64,000 nucleotides of DNA from Salinimicrobium sp. GTDB lineage: Archaea; Thermoplasmatota; Poseidoniia; Poseidoniales; Poseidoniaceae. The DNA lies in the NCBI GenBank assembly GCA_964228865.1, contig CAXRAI010000064.1, positions 5,863 to 69,862 of the forward strand, written 5' to 3'. Under the pieces are notes generated by a model. That model was given only the letters and a program-made list of their open reading frames with translations, was not told where the DNA came from and did not search any database. Numbering within the stretch: position 1 is the stretch's first letter; each line of letters opens with the position of its first letter. Positions 45,585-56,900 of this stretch are shown here, piece after piece. Both the position numbers and the translations under genes were made by a program.

Positions 45585-47216
45585 TCACAACGGGATGTTT
45601 CCGTGTTTCTTCGGCGGTGTCCATTCCCGCTTTGAGGCCAAGACATTGAGCGCGCGAATGAGCCGCAGACGTGACTCTGAGGGTTCAATGACGTCGTCCA
45701 GCCACCCGTTTCGAGCGGCGACGTAGGGATCGCCGAATTTCGCCTTGTACTCGTCGATCAGGTTCTGTCGAACGTTCTCTTTCTCCGCTTCGTCAGCGGC
45801 AGCAATCTCCCTTCGGTGGATGATGTTCACCGCACCTTCGGCTCCCATGACAGCCAATTCTGCCGTGGGCCAAGCGACGTTGTAGTCGCTCGCAAGGTGC
45901 TTGCAGGACATGGCGAGGTATGCGCCCCCGTAGGCCTTGCGCGTCACCAAGGTCATCTTCGGCACCGTGGCTTCGGCATAGGCGTAGAGGAGTTTGGCGC
46001 CATGCCGGATGATGCCGCCCCATTCTTGGACCACGCCAGGAAGGAAACCTGGGACGTCTTCCACGGTCAAGAGCGGGAGGTTGAACGCATCGCACGTGCG
46101 GATGAAGCGAGCGGCTTTGATGGACGCGTCGATGTCCAAACAGCCGGCAAGCACCTGTGGTTGATTGGCGATGACGCCGACAGAGCGGCCACCCAAGCGG
46201 GCAAAACCGATGATGATGTTCTCGGCATAGGCGTCAAAGAGTTGCACGAAACGCGCATCATCGACGATCGTTTCGATGACCTTCACCATGTCGTAGGGCT
46301 TGTTGGGGTTGTCCGGCACGATGGTTTCCAATTCCTCCGTGAGCCGGTCGGACGCGTCAGCGGTCTCTTCGAAGGGTGGCGCGGCATCGTTGTGGTCGGG
46401 AAGGAAGGACAGCAGGTCGGCCGCAATGGCACATGCGTCGTCTTCGTCGTCGGCCACGAGGCAGGCGATGCCGCTCCGTGAGGCATGCAAATTCGCACCG
46501 CCCAAACCGGGCGCATCGACTTCTCCGGCCATGACTTCGGGTGTTTCGAGCGGCGAGGAAAGGAAGAGTTGACCGTGTTCTTCTCCGAGGATGGTGAAAT
46601 CCGCCAAGGCAGCGGCCAGGGCGCTGACGCCCACCACTGGACCAAGCACCAAACTCAGCATCGGGATTCGGCCGCTGCACTGCACCATGCGATCCAGCAG
46701 TTCACCCGTGCCACCAAGGGCAGCGATGCCGTCGTGAGCGCGCTGTCCACCGCCGTCCCAAATGCCAACAAGAGGGGCGCGGGCGCGCTCAGCCATTTCG
46801 ACGACTTTGGCAATCTTCAGCGCGTGCATCTCGCCCATGCTTCCACCATGGACGCTGAAATCCTGTGCGAAGCAGTACACGCGACGTCCGTCAATGCTGC
46901 CGTGGCCGGCCACCACGCCGTCCCCTGCAGAGGGGTGAAGGTGCATGCTGTGGTCCGTGGTGCGATGGGTGACGAAGGCATCAAGTTCGATGAAGGAGCC
47001 TTCGTCGAGCAGCATACCAATTCGCTCCCGTGCAGTGCCACGACCGGTGGCACGGATGGCCTCGAGTTTGCGTGCGCCACCGCCCTTCTCGATGGTGCTT
47101 CGACGGTCGCGAAGCTCGCGGAGCCGTGCACCGTTGACGCCCTCCATGGCGTTGGCTTGCTCGAAGCGGTTCTTGATGTGCTCGCTGGTCAAAGGCGTGG
47201 AGGGTTCTCTCCACAC
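45585..47216 (-). CDS. pccB: Acyl-CoA carboxylase carboxyltransferase (beta) subunit
   Basis: ARERIGMLLDEGSFIE, AQDFSVHGGSMG, DVPGFLPG, RKAYGGAY, DDVIEP and KKHGNIPL. Confidence 0.95.
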   Translation of the reverse strand: MWREPSTPLTSEHIKNRFEQANAMEGVNGARLRELRDRRSTIEKGGGARKLEAIRATGRGTARERIGMLLDEGSFIELDAFVTHRTTDHSMHLHPSAGDGVVAGHGSIDGRRVYCFAQDFSVHGGSMGEMHALKIAKVVEMAERARAPLVGIWDGGGQRAHDGIAALGGTGELLDRMVQCSGRIPMLSLVLGPVVGVSALAAALADFTILGEEHGQLFLSSPLETPEVMAGEVDAPGLGGANLHASRSGIACLVADDEDDACAIAADLLSFLPDHNDAAPPFEETADASDRLTEELETIVPDNPNKPYDMVKVIETIVDDARFVQLFDAYAENIIIGFARLGGRSVGVIANQPQVLAGCLDIDASIKAARFIRTCDAFNLPLLTVEDVPGFLPGVVQEWGGIIRHGAKLLYAYAEATVPKMTLVTRKAYGGAYLAMSCKHLASDYNVAWPTAELAVMGAEGAVNIIHRREIAAADEAEKENVRQNLIDEYKAKFGDPYVAARNGWLDDVIEPSESRLRLIRALNVLASKREWTPPKKHGNIPL

Positions 47217-48535
47217 AGGTCGGCATGAAGATGCTCTGCGAGGTCCAAGTCCGCACTGATGAGGTAGTGGGTCTTGACCGCGACGGTGTCGGCATGGCAG
47301 GTCAAACCGTGGCCGAGGATGCCGAGGTCTTGCTGTTCCCTCCCCTTGGCGTAGACGTTCATGTCAACCGGTCCCTCCAGGCATTGTGTGGTGACGATCA
47401 CCGGCATCTTCCGATTTGATGCCCGCATGAGTGCTTTCCAGATGTCCTTGTTCTCAGGTGCGTCGCCCTCTGGGTCGCTCATCGGAAGGTGACCAAGGCC
47501 GGTGCCGTGGAGGATGATCGCCGAAGGTCCAGTGGCGGCCAGCGCTTCGATGTGCTCCGCACGGAGCCATGCATTCGCGGTGAGTTGAGGCAGGTTGAGG
47601 TCTGAACGGTACGGTGACGGTGACGTGGCCACGGGACGGGGCTCCATGGCTTTCGCACCACCCTCGTATGCTTCGCTGAGGCGGTGTTGGCATCCATCAT
47701 GGCCCACGTCGACATGAGCGATGGGCGCACCATTGAGTGCACGGAACGCATCCCTTCGCGTGGAATGCATCTTCCGTGCGGCAACGCCTGGCAAGACGGC
47801 GCAGGTGCCGTCGTCGGAGGATGCGTGCATGACGATGACCGTCGCGTCGCCCAAGCTCCCCGTTGGGCGAGGTCCATGCGCAGCCCAATGGACGGCTGCA
47901 ATCAGGTTCTCTGCGGCGTCGCTGGAGCCCCGGTCAGAGGAACGTTGTGAACCGACGAAGACGATTGGACCCGCAGGCCGTGTGCCTTGTCCGGCAAAAG
48001 CGAACGCGAGGGCTGCAGCAGAGTGGTGGAGCGTGTCCGTGCCGTGGGTGATGACCACTCCCCTCGCACCGCTGGCGAAGGCTTCGGCGCACGATGCGGC
48101 CATCTTGTTCCAGTGCTGGGGTCGTACGTCATCGGAGAACATGTTCCCAAGCTTCGTGGTGGTGAGCTTGGCCAGTCCGGCCAATTCTGGAACGTTTGCG
48201 CGCAATTCCTCGGGCTCGAACGAGGCCGTGACGGCACCCGTGGCGTAATCCACTTTCGAGGCGATTGTACCTCCGGTGTGGATCACGTGAACGTGTGGAA
48301 GGTCGTCCTCATCGTCACCGCTCGAAGACGTTTGAGCCGACGCATGAGGGGTTGAAGCCTCCAGCACCTCAAGGTTGGTGATTCGGTCAAGTCGATGGCT
48401 GACGTTGTAGCCGTTGACCAACTTGAGCGTAAGGTGCTTGGCCGCGGCCGCGGGAAGCACCCGCCCTTCGAGGACGGTGGGTCCTCCTTCGGTCTCCAAT
48501 TCGACGCGCACACGGTCCCCTTGGTTGGCGTCCAT
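47189..48535 (-). CDS. gatD: Glu-tRNA(Gln) amidotransferase subunit D
   Basis: N-terminal domain with KLVNGYN, then asparaginase motifs HTGGTIASKVDY, THGTDT, GSQRSSDRGSSD and KMHSTRRDAF. Confidence 0.94.
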   Translation of the reverse strand: MDANQGDRVRVELETEGGPTVLEGRVLPAAAAKHLTLKLVNGYNVSHRLDRITNLEVLEASTPHASAQTSSSGDDEDDLPHVHVIHTGGTIASKVDYATGAVTASFEPEELRANVPELAGLAKLTTTKLGNMFSDDVRPQHWNKMAASCAEAFASGARGVVITHGTDTLHHSAAALAFAFAGQGTRPAGPIVFVGSQRSSDRGSSDAAENLIAAVHWAAHGPRPTGSLGDATVIVMHASSDDGTCAVLPGVAARKMHSTRRDAFRALNGAPIAHVDVGHDGCQHRLSEAYEGGAKAMEPRPVATSPSPYRSDLNLPQLTANAWLRAEHIEALAATGPSAIILHGTGLGHLPMSDPEGDAPENKDIWKALMRASNRKMPVIVTTQCLEGPVDMNVYAKGREQQDLGILGHGLTCHADTVAVKTHYLISADLDLAEHLHADLCGENPPRL

Positions 48536-48575
48536 GAAGCACCCAGAGCGTCCCCGTCCATGAAGCGCTCGCTTG

Positions 48576-48688
48576 TGGTGCCGGGAGCGGGGCTCGAACC
48601 CGCGACCTTCGGATGTCTCAGACATCGACGGTTAGTCCGCTCATAGTGTCCTATGAGTCCGACGCGCCACCAACTACGCCACCCCGGC
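48576..48688 (-). tRNA. trnM: Elongator tRNA-Met (CAT) with a 37-nt intron at 37/38 (48615-48651), CCA encoded
   Basis: Cloverleaf GCCGGGG...CTCCCGGC ACCA; canonical BHB with CTCA/TGAG central helix and TAG and ACA bulges. Confidence 0.95.
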
Positions 48689-48785
48689 CTGAATGCCGCT
48701 GAGACGCTCCGTTCTTCAAATCAACGGAACGCCCACGGCTCCTTTGGACCGGTCCCTTCATGGGTTGTCTTCTCTGCCCAGAGGC

Positions 48786-49664
48786 ATGGTCGACCTCCAA
48801 ACGGCGATGGCCGCTGCTGCGGCCGACCGTCAGAAGCGGCTCGACAAGACCGCTGCTGAGCGCAAAAAACGCCGTTCAGGGGCCGATCTCGGCATCGAAC
48901 GCTTCGATCCTGTCCAACACGTGGCCAAGGAAAAGGCCGAAACGGCATCCATGTGGTTCGTTTTGACCTACGCCGTGGTGGTTGCGCTGCTGAACCGCCA
49001 CATGCTGATGGGATGGGTTGGTCCCGGCGATGGTTTCCTGTTGTGGTTCCTCCCCATTGGGATGCTGATTTTCCTTCCCGGCCTTCACCGGGCCATCATG
49101 CCTGAATCCTTTGTGGAACAGTACAAAGCAGGGACGTGGGTCAAAGCAGGATTCCTTCACACCTTCACCTTCCTTGCCGTGTCCTTCTTGCTCGTCAATC
49201 CACCTTTCGGCGACGTTACGGCGGCATCGTTGGACGGCGCTTGGGACATCGCCATCCTCGACGAAGACGGTGCACTGGTGCTCGCCAGCACCTCGGGCGA
49301 CGCGGTCGAACTCAATGGAGAGGGCTTCGCATGGACCACGCAAGACGGTGTGTTGCGTGGGTCCGCATGGGTGGTGTTCACCCTCACGGACAACCACGAA
49401 GTCAGTGAGAACGACGTCGAAGTCCGTCTCTCGAGCAATGCAGATCCGGCCGGGTCGGTGCTTCTTCCCGTCGAAACGGCCCCCGAAGCGTTCGACAACC
49501 TAAGCCGAAACGATGCGGATCATCAGTGGTTCCTGGTGCCTCTGGGCACTGACCTGGTTGAGGGCCGCTGGACCATCACCGTGGACATCGAAGAGCAGGG
49601 CTCACCATGGGTCAATACCCGGGTGTACGAATGGCACCTTGACGTGATTGACGAACGCGTGTGA
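48786..49664 (+). CDS. Hypothetical membrane protein (about four TM segments plus a C-terminal beta-rich domain)
   Basis: Basic N-terminus, hydrophobic core, acidic C-terminal domain; start placed at MVDL. Confidence 0.7.
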   Translation: MVDLQTAMAAAAADRQKRLDKTAAERKKRRSGADLGIERFDPVQHVAKEKAETASMWFVLTYAVVVALLNRHMLMGWVGPGDGFLLWFLPIGMLIFLPGLHRAIMPESFVEQYKAGTWVKAGFLHTFTFLAVSFLLVNPPFGDVTAASLDGAWDIAILDEDGALVLASTSGDAVELNGEGFAWTTQDGVLRGSAWVVFTLTDNHEVSENDVEVRLSSNADPAGSVLLPVETAPEAFDNLSRNDADHQWFLVPLGTDLVEGRWTITVDIEEQGSPWVNTRVYEWHLDVIDERV

Positions 49665-49838
49665 TCACCACGAAACCTCAGGGTGGGCGCGCACCATGGC
49701 CTTGAGCAGGTCATCCACGCGCATGACGGTTCGCCTGACGTGCGTTTCTTGCGCGATTTTCCGTTCTCGCCATGCTCGCACGAGGGGCGCGGCCACGGTC
49801 CAGCACAGGAGGTCGGCGACGGTGATTCGGTGGTTCAT
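49665..49838 (-). CDS. Possible small protein downstream of rfcS
   Basis: 57-aa ORF filling the gap; no motif. Confidence 0.35.
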   Translation of the reverse strand: MNHRITVADLLCWTVAAPLVRAWRERKIAQETHVRRTVMRVDDLLKAMVRAHPEVSW

Positions 49839-49897
49839 GCTCTGCGATGCGCATCGGGTCCACCTTCTGCGCGGTGGGGGTCCACTGAAAGTGAACA

Positions 49898-50854
49898 TTA
49901 GCCGTTTAGTTCGTTGACCAAACGGGCCGTAAGTGCATCGAGTTGCACGGTTTCACTCCCGCCCTCGACCAGACGGAATTCGACGTCCGCCATGCGTTCA
50001 GTGAGGCGGAGTTTGGCCTGCTCATCAAGGAAATCTGCGGCGTAGAGGTTGCGGTGCAGTTGCGCCACGAAGTCCGTTCCGGCAAGTCCGTATCGGTCGA
50101 GAAGTTCACGCAACCTTCGGCGCGCGGCGTGGAACCCGTCTTCTTTGCAGGCCATGAGGTAGGCATGGAGGGCTTCAGGTGGGGCGGTGGCGGACGTTTC
50201 GTAGATCAATCCACGGTCGATGGTCCGGTCCAATGCCGCCGCCACTTGCAAGGTCGTGAGCGCCTTTCGCAGGTCGCCTTGAGCGATGCGTGTGATGGCT
50301 TCAACGGCATCGTCGACGATGTCGAGGTGCTCGGACGCGGCCACCAGTGCAACCTGATCTTGCACTTCGGCGTCAGGAAGCGGCCGGAATCGAAACACCG
50401 CGCACCGCGATTGAATCGGCTCGATGATCTTCGAGGAGTAGTTGCAGGACAGGATGAAGCGGCAGGTTTCAGCGAATTGCTCCATGATGCGACGGAGGGC
50501 GCCTTGTGCATCGTTCGTCAAGGCGTCCGCTTCGTCGAGGAAGATGACTTTGAACGGTGCATCGCCATATGGCGTGGTGCGAGCGAATTGCTTGACTTTG
50601 CTTCGGATGCTCTCCAATTTCCGCTCGTCCGAGGCGTTCATTTCGAGGAGGTTTCGACGGAATTCCTCGCCAAAGACGTCCATCGCGAGGGCCATCGCGG
50701 CAGTGGTTTTCCCGGTGCCTGGTGGCCCAGCGAAGAGCAGGTGTGGGAATTCGCCCTTGGAAGCGTAGACGCCGAGACGTTCCACCACGGAGCGCTGACC
50801 TCGGATGTCGGTCACCGTCCGGGGACGGTGCTTCTCGACCCAGAGCTCCGACAT
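49898..50854 (-). CDS. rfcS: Replication factor C small subunit
   Basis: LWVEKHRP, FAGPPGTGKTT, EMNASDER, FLDEADALT and IQSRC; no intein. Confidence 0.97.
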   Translation of the reverse strand: MSELWVEKHRPRTVTDIRGQRSVVERLGVYASKGEFPHLLFAGPPGTGKTTAAMALAMDVFGEEFRRNLLEMNASDERKLESIRSKVKQFARTTPYGDAPFKVIFLDEADALTNDAQGALRRIMEQFAETCRFILSCNYSSKIIEPIQSRCAVFRFRPLPDAEVQDQVALVAASEHLDIVDDAVEAITRIAQGDLRKALTTLQVAAALDRTIDRGLIYETSATAPPEALHAYLMACKEDGFHAARRRLRELLDRYGLAGTDFVAQLHRNLYAADFLDEQAKLRLTERMADVEFRLVEGGSETVQLDALTARLVNELNG

Positions 50855-50926
50855 GGTTCATCCCACCTCCGTCGAGCGCCCATGAACCTTCGCTCGGCGC
50901 TGAGAGGGCCATCACGGGCAAGTGGC

Positions 50927-50932
50927 TATAAG
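50927..50932 (+). promoter_or_regulatory. Probable TATA box of the 3,080-aa gene
   Basis: TATAAG lies about 30 nt upstream of ATG 50961, in the gap divergent from rfcS. Confidence 0.45.
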
Positions 50933-50960
50933 CATCCAAATCCTCAGAAAAGCGAGTTCC

Positions 50961-53900
50961 ATGACGTCCGCATCCGCCCCTCGACGAACTCCCCTTGTTC
51001 TGACCCTCGTGATGTTGTTCCTCATCGCCGACGTTGGCGTTCCAATGATGAGCAACCACGCTGTTCTGGAGGAGGCTCCAAGCGTGGCCAGAGCCACGGC
51101 TCAGTTGTCACCTGTGCAGGACGTCGGCATCCTCTCGACGGACACCGGCTCCTCTGAGGGTGCCGACACCGCCGACATCGGTGATCTCGGCGCGAGCGGC
51201 GAGGGGCGCCTTCTGTTGGAGTTCAACCTCGGCCTGACGTCGTCTTCGACCGTCGAATCCGCCACCTTGGACCTTGAATGTGCGAGCGTGGCACCGATGC
51301 CCGGAGACACGGCCTTCCACGCCGCGCGTGTTCTGTCCGACTGGAACGCTTCGGACGCGACCTGGGCCATGTCCACCGCGTTGGACAGTTGGGCACTGGC
51401 CGGTGTGGACAGTGTGGACACCGATCGCGGCGTCTGGGAGCCGCCCTTGCACGCCAGCACCAACGGGACGTTTTCGCTCAACGTCACCGCGCTTGCACAG
51501 GAGGCAGCCGCGGATTCGAGCAACCTCTCGCTGGTCATTGCGGCCACCGGTGATGCCTTTGAGTGCCAGCTTTCCGAAGCCGTGGCCACCGTCGCTCGTC
51601 CGTTGCTCACCGTGGTCTCGACCTCAACCGCGGCCACGTCTGGCGGCACCATCACGCCTGACATGCCGACCAACGGCACGGCGCTGGTCAACCACGCACC
51701 GATCCTTCAGGCCGACACCACGCCGTCCTTCGAATGGATGGACACCACACAAAGCAGTTCAAACGTTCAGGTGCAGTTTGGCCTTTCCGATTCGTGGTTG
51801 GTGGCCGCGGGCCAGGACCGCGAGTTGAACTCCATTGCCGACGCAGGTGCGTTTACCATGACCTCCACGTCTGGTGCCGTTGAACTTCCTACCGGTGTGG
51901 CGTTTGACAACGGCACCGAAGTGCACTGGCGTGCACGTGGGTTGGACAGCAACGGCGTCTACGGTGCATGGGAACAAGGGCATCTGGTGCTGCCCGACAT
52001 CGACGTCATCGTGAACGCTGACGGGACGTCCACGGTCAACCTTGTCGATCTCGGTCTTTCTTCGGCCTTCTTTGAGGACGCCAGTGTGTCGGAGGTGTCC
52101 AAGAACGCTGCATTTGGCGCCAGCCAAACCTTCGAAGCCACCATGACCAGCAGCAAGGAGACCTTCAGCCATCTTCGCATGCGGATGGAGCATGTCGGCA
52201 TGGACGCGACCTACGCCATCACCGAAGCTTCGCTCGACCTCTCCGCCTCTTCGGTCAGTGGAACGCCGCTCATCTCGGTCCACCCCACCAACGCGCCGGC
52301 ATGGGACGAAGATGCCATCACGTGGAACCGTGCCACGTCCAGTCAGACTTGGTCCGACGGTGGGCGTACGACCGCGGGTGCTGCCACGGATGCCGTGGAA
52401 ATGTCCTCGACGGATTCAAGCCTCAGCCTCAACATCACGACCGCCATGCAAGCACACCTTCAGGGATCCGCGGACGAATCCGCTGCGTTCCTGCTCACCT
52501 CGCGCGGCCTGAACGAGGCCTACACCGCAGGAGACGCTGCCGTGTTCCACTCAAGCGAAGCGGCTTCGAGCTCCGATCACCCCTCGCTGAGCATCACCTA
52601 CCGTACCACGACCGCGACCACCGGTCCCGCAGCACCGAGCCTTGATGCTCCCAGCAACGGGCATGCGGTCTGGAACCTCAGCGGCCACAACCTCAGCGGC
52701 AACACCACGCCCGACTTGCTCTGGACGCCGCTTTCCGGCCATGACTTCCTCTTTGAATTGGCCGAGGACGCAGAATTCCGCGAGCGCGTGCTTCTGGCGG
52801 ACACCCGTTCCTCCTCGGACCTCTCTTCAACGTCCAGCAGTTACACGCCGAGCGGCGCCGGGAGCCTCAACACGGGCACCGGATACCACTGGCGTATGGC
52901 GTCCATCTCGTCCGATGACCGTGTTGGAGGATGGGCCACGTCGTCCTTTGTGGTCAGTGATTTGACCTCGGATTGGCTTGGTGGCGACCGCTATGAGTTG
53001 CGCCTCAGCCACGGCAACGGGACCTCCGACGGCCGTTTGCCGGTGTGCATGGACACCTACGTGGATTCCTCTTCCCCCTCCGACAATTACGACGCCGATG
53101 AAGAGATGTTGATTGCCGTCGACACCAGCGCGCGTCAGACCATCCTGTTTGGATGCGACCTGACCACCCACCTCCTCCCAGCAGGGTACGCCGTCCAAAG
53201 CGCGAACGTCAGCATGGAACTCTCGCTCGCCGCTGGCGGCTCACCGATCATTGGGGCCTTCGAAAGCCGCCAGCACAACTGGACCGAGTCCGGAGCCACG
53301 TGGGCCACGTACGACGGCACCAACGCCTGGGGCACAAGCGGGGCTCGCGGTTGGGAGCGCGGCGCCCTGCTGACCTCCACCACGGTGGATTCGAGCTATT
53401 CCGGTGGGGACCGCGTGAACTGGAACGTGACCCAAGCCGTTCAATCTGCCATGCGAGAAAACCGCTCCGTGGATTTCATCTTCGACATGGTCACCACCCC
53501 GAGCACCGTTTCGAAGTACGCCTTGCTCTACGGCAACGGGGCGACCTCCAGCGATCGAGCCGAGATGACCATCGTGTACGTGCCCGGTTCGGACAGCGTT
53601 CCCGACGAGCCCGTTCCGAGCAGCCCTGCGAACGGCTCGTGGGCGGTGCTCCCTGGCCTGAATCCGGCCGGTGACACCACGCCACTGCTGAACTGGACCT
53701 ATGCCGGTGGCCTCACGATCGGTGGATGGGCTTTGCAACTCGACACCTCTGCACAGTTCAACACCGCAGGCATGCGTTACCTTACCTCCTTCAACGACCA
53801 AGGATTTGACGCCACCAACCTGACCTACGAACCGCAACAAGAGCTCAACGATGGCACCACCTGGTACTGGCGTGTTCGAGCCATTTCAACGACCAATCAA

Positions 53901-56900
53901 CTTGGGAACTGGTCGGAGACGAACCACTTCCTGCTGCCGGACACCACGACGTGGGACCTTGGCAACAACAAGGTGGCCGTTGAACTCCGCCATGAGCAAG
54001 CCATGCCGTCCCTCGGCATCGTGGGCTTCGAAGACACCACCGTGATTCGCGGCAGCAGCGGTCAGACCTACGATACGTCCAGCACCCTCCGGGTTGGCGA
54101 CACATCGACGCAACAGGCCGCTACGCTGTTGCGCATTCCATTGACCGACATCCCCAACCCTCAGAACGCGCGGGTGGAGGGCGCCGAACTGCACATGTTC
54201 TCTCAACTCTCGTCCGCCGTTGGCGTGAACGTGGGCATCTTGCCGGCCTTGGTGGACTGGAACGCTTCGGCCAACGAGACCACCTATGACGGCACCACCA
54301 ATTGGACGGGCGTCAGCAGCACGTTCACACCAGGCTGGCATTACAGCGACGTGGATCGCGTGAACCAGTTTGGTGCACGGGTGACGACCTATGCAACCTC
54401 GGTCAGCGCCGGCTGGATGACGTGGGACGTGGCCGATCTGGTCCAAGCCGCACTGGCCAGCGGTGACGACGAATTGGACGTCCTCCTTCTCGTCGATTCA
54501 GATGCGTCCGGTCAAGTGCTGTTGAGCAGCACCGAAGCGACCAGCAACCAGCGCCCGTGGCTGAACCTGACGTGGGTGAGCGGCACCGGCACGGCGCCGT
54601 CTGGTTCCCCCACGTTGCTCAGTCCAACCGATGACGAGGTCGCCTTTGATTCGTCATCCCACGCCCTCGTTCCAGAGCAACGTCCTGTGCTCAGTTGGAA
54701 CCCCGTTGCGGCGGGTGGTTCCACGACCGGGTACCAAGTTCGCGTGTATGATGCATGGAGTGCGGACACCTTCCTTTCAGGAGGTTGGACGACGTACGAC
54801 AGCCGAGAGGATGCAGGTTTCTTCATGTTCAGTTACACACCGCAGGAAGACCTTGGCGACATCGGATCTGTGGTGTGGGAGGTTCGCGAGTTTGTTGACG
54901 GCATGTATGGGCCCTGGTCCAACGCCCGAACCGTCCACATCCCAGAAGTGATGGCCGGTGAAATCGACGCCGATGAAGCGTGGTACCGGATGCAATACGG
55001 GAGCTTGGTCAGTGGAAGCGTGGTGATGCCCACGGGTGTCCTCGACACCACCGTCGACTCTGGAACCGTCAACACGGCATACGCCTCTTCGAGCAGCCTG
55101 AACGTTGGGCGCTCGTTCTTCTCATCGAGCACCAGCCAGCGTGCATCGTCGCTCATATCCTTCGACTTCAGCACGCTCCCGTTGCCGGCCACGATGGAGG
55201 TCATCAACGCCAGCCTTGAGATGACGACCATCGGTACGTCCCCGGGTTCGGGTGTGCACGTCTCTGTTTCAGGCACCACCACCCTGTGGAACAGCAGCGC
55301 CACGTGGTTCGGGCCTGGCACCGGTGGAACTTGGGCCGTTCCGGGCGGCTACCACAGTTCCAGCGACACCACCATTCCCGCAGTCGGACAGACCACGTGG
55401 GTTTCGGCCGTGGACACGGCCTACAGCTGGAACGTCACCGCTCTGGTTCAGCAGATGTTAGACCAGGGCGACCCCCTGGCCTTCATGCTCCAAGCCGAAG
55501 ACCTCGGTTCGGGCGTGGGCCGGCAAAGCTTCCACTCCAGCGATGCGTCTTCGGTCGAGGATCGGCCGGTGCTGAACATCACGTATCGAACGACCTCCGG
55601 GTGGTCTCCTGGATCCTCCACACTTACCTCACCTTCCAGCGGAAGCACGTTGTGGAACATCTCGGCTCCACGCCCAAGCGGTGCGGAAACCGTTGAGGTG
55701 GATTGGAGTTCGAACGTGGGGAACGCCACAGCGTGGGAAGTCTGCATCGCTTCCGATGACCGTTTCCTGACCGACCTTGTCTGCCGTGACTCCTCTGGTT
55801 CTGGTGTCGGTACATTTGATGCGGCGTCAACGACGTACAACCGAACCTTGCAAGGTTTGGACACGGACCAGTGGCACCACTGGATGGTGCGTGCAGAGCA
55901 AAACCACCGCCTCGGTGTGTGGTCGGATTCCGCGTCGTTCCGTTACGCCGACGATCAAGGTTCGGACGACGGACAAGGCAACCACACGATCACGCTGAGC
56001 CGCAATTCTGTGTTTACCAGCGCACCCGGTGTGCCCTCGGTGCAGGACGCCACGGTATCCTCCGTAACCCCCACCACGAACGATGGCGCTTCGTCGAGCC
56101 TCAGCCTCGGCCAAGGGGCTGGCGGCAGTGGAGAAGACGCCATCCTGATCGACGTTGACCTCTCTGACCTGCCGTGGCCGACCGCCATGACGCCGACGCA
56201 AATGCTGTTGCGCTTGTACCGGACCAGCGTCGGCCCCACCTCGTTGACGGTGGCCGCCTACGCGTGTTCTGGATTCACCGAATCCAGCGTGACGTGGAAC
56301 TCAGCGCCCACGTGTTCAACCACTGAAGCGACCCGGTCGACCTTGACGCTGACCCCACCTGACGGGTTCGTGGACTTCGATTTGACCAGTCTGGCTCAAT
56401 CCAACATTGCGAATGGAAACCTGTCCATGACCGTCCGCCTCGAAGTGGTCGGCACCCCGGCATCGACGATGACCTTCGTGAGTTCCGAATCAACGAGCAA
56501 CACCTCACGGCACCCACAGATTCACCTTGAGTACGTGGACAACGTCGACGGAATTCTGCCACCCTCACAACCCACGCTGTCCGCTCCCGCCGATGGAACC
56601 GTGCTCTACAACACAAGCGGATTCCAACTTGAATCAGGTGATGCACCGACGTTGACCTGGTCTGCACTGCCGGACGCCACGGACTACATCCTGACCCTGT
56701 CGGGTCCAGCCGGAGTGTCCACCTACCGTTCGTGGGTTGACAGTGAATTCCTGACGAACACCAGTTTCCGCATCGACACCACGCTGTTTGTTGGTGTGGC
56801 GTATGAGTGGTGGGTTCAGGGCGTCAATCAGTCCATTCCGGGCCCGTCGTCTTCGCGATGGTCCTTTGCCTTGGGAGACCCAGACAACAACGCGATTTCC

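Noticed and set aside
7629-48688. tRNA genes as integration sites of a mobile element
   Set aside because: No integrase or transposase, and no duplicated tRNA 3' end noticed in the window.
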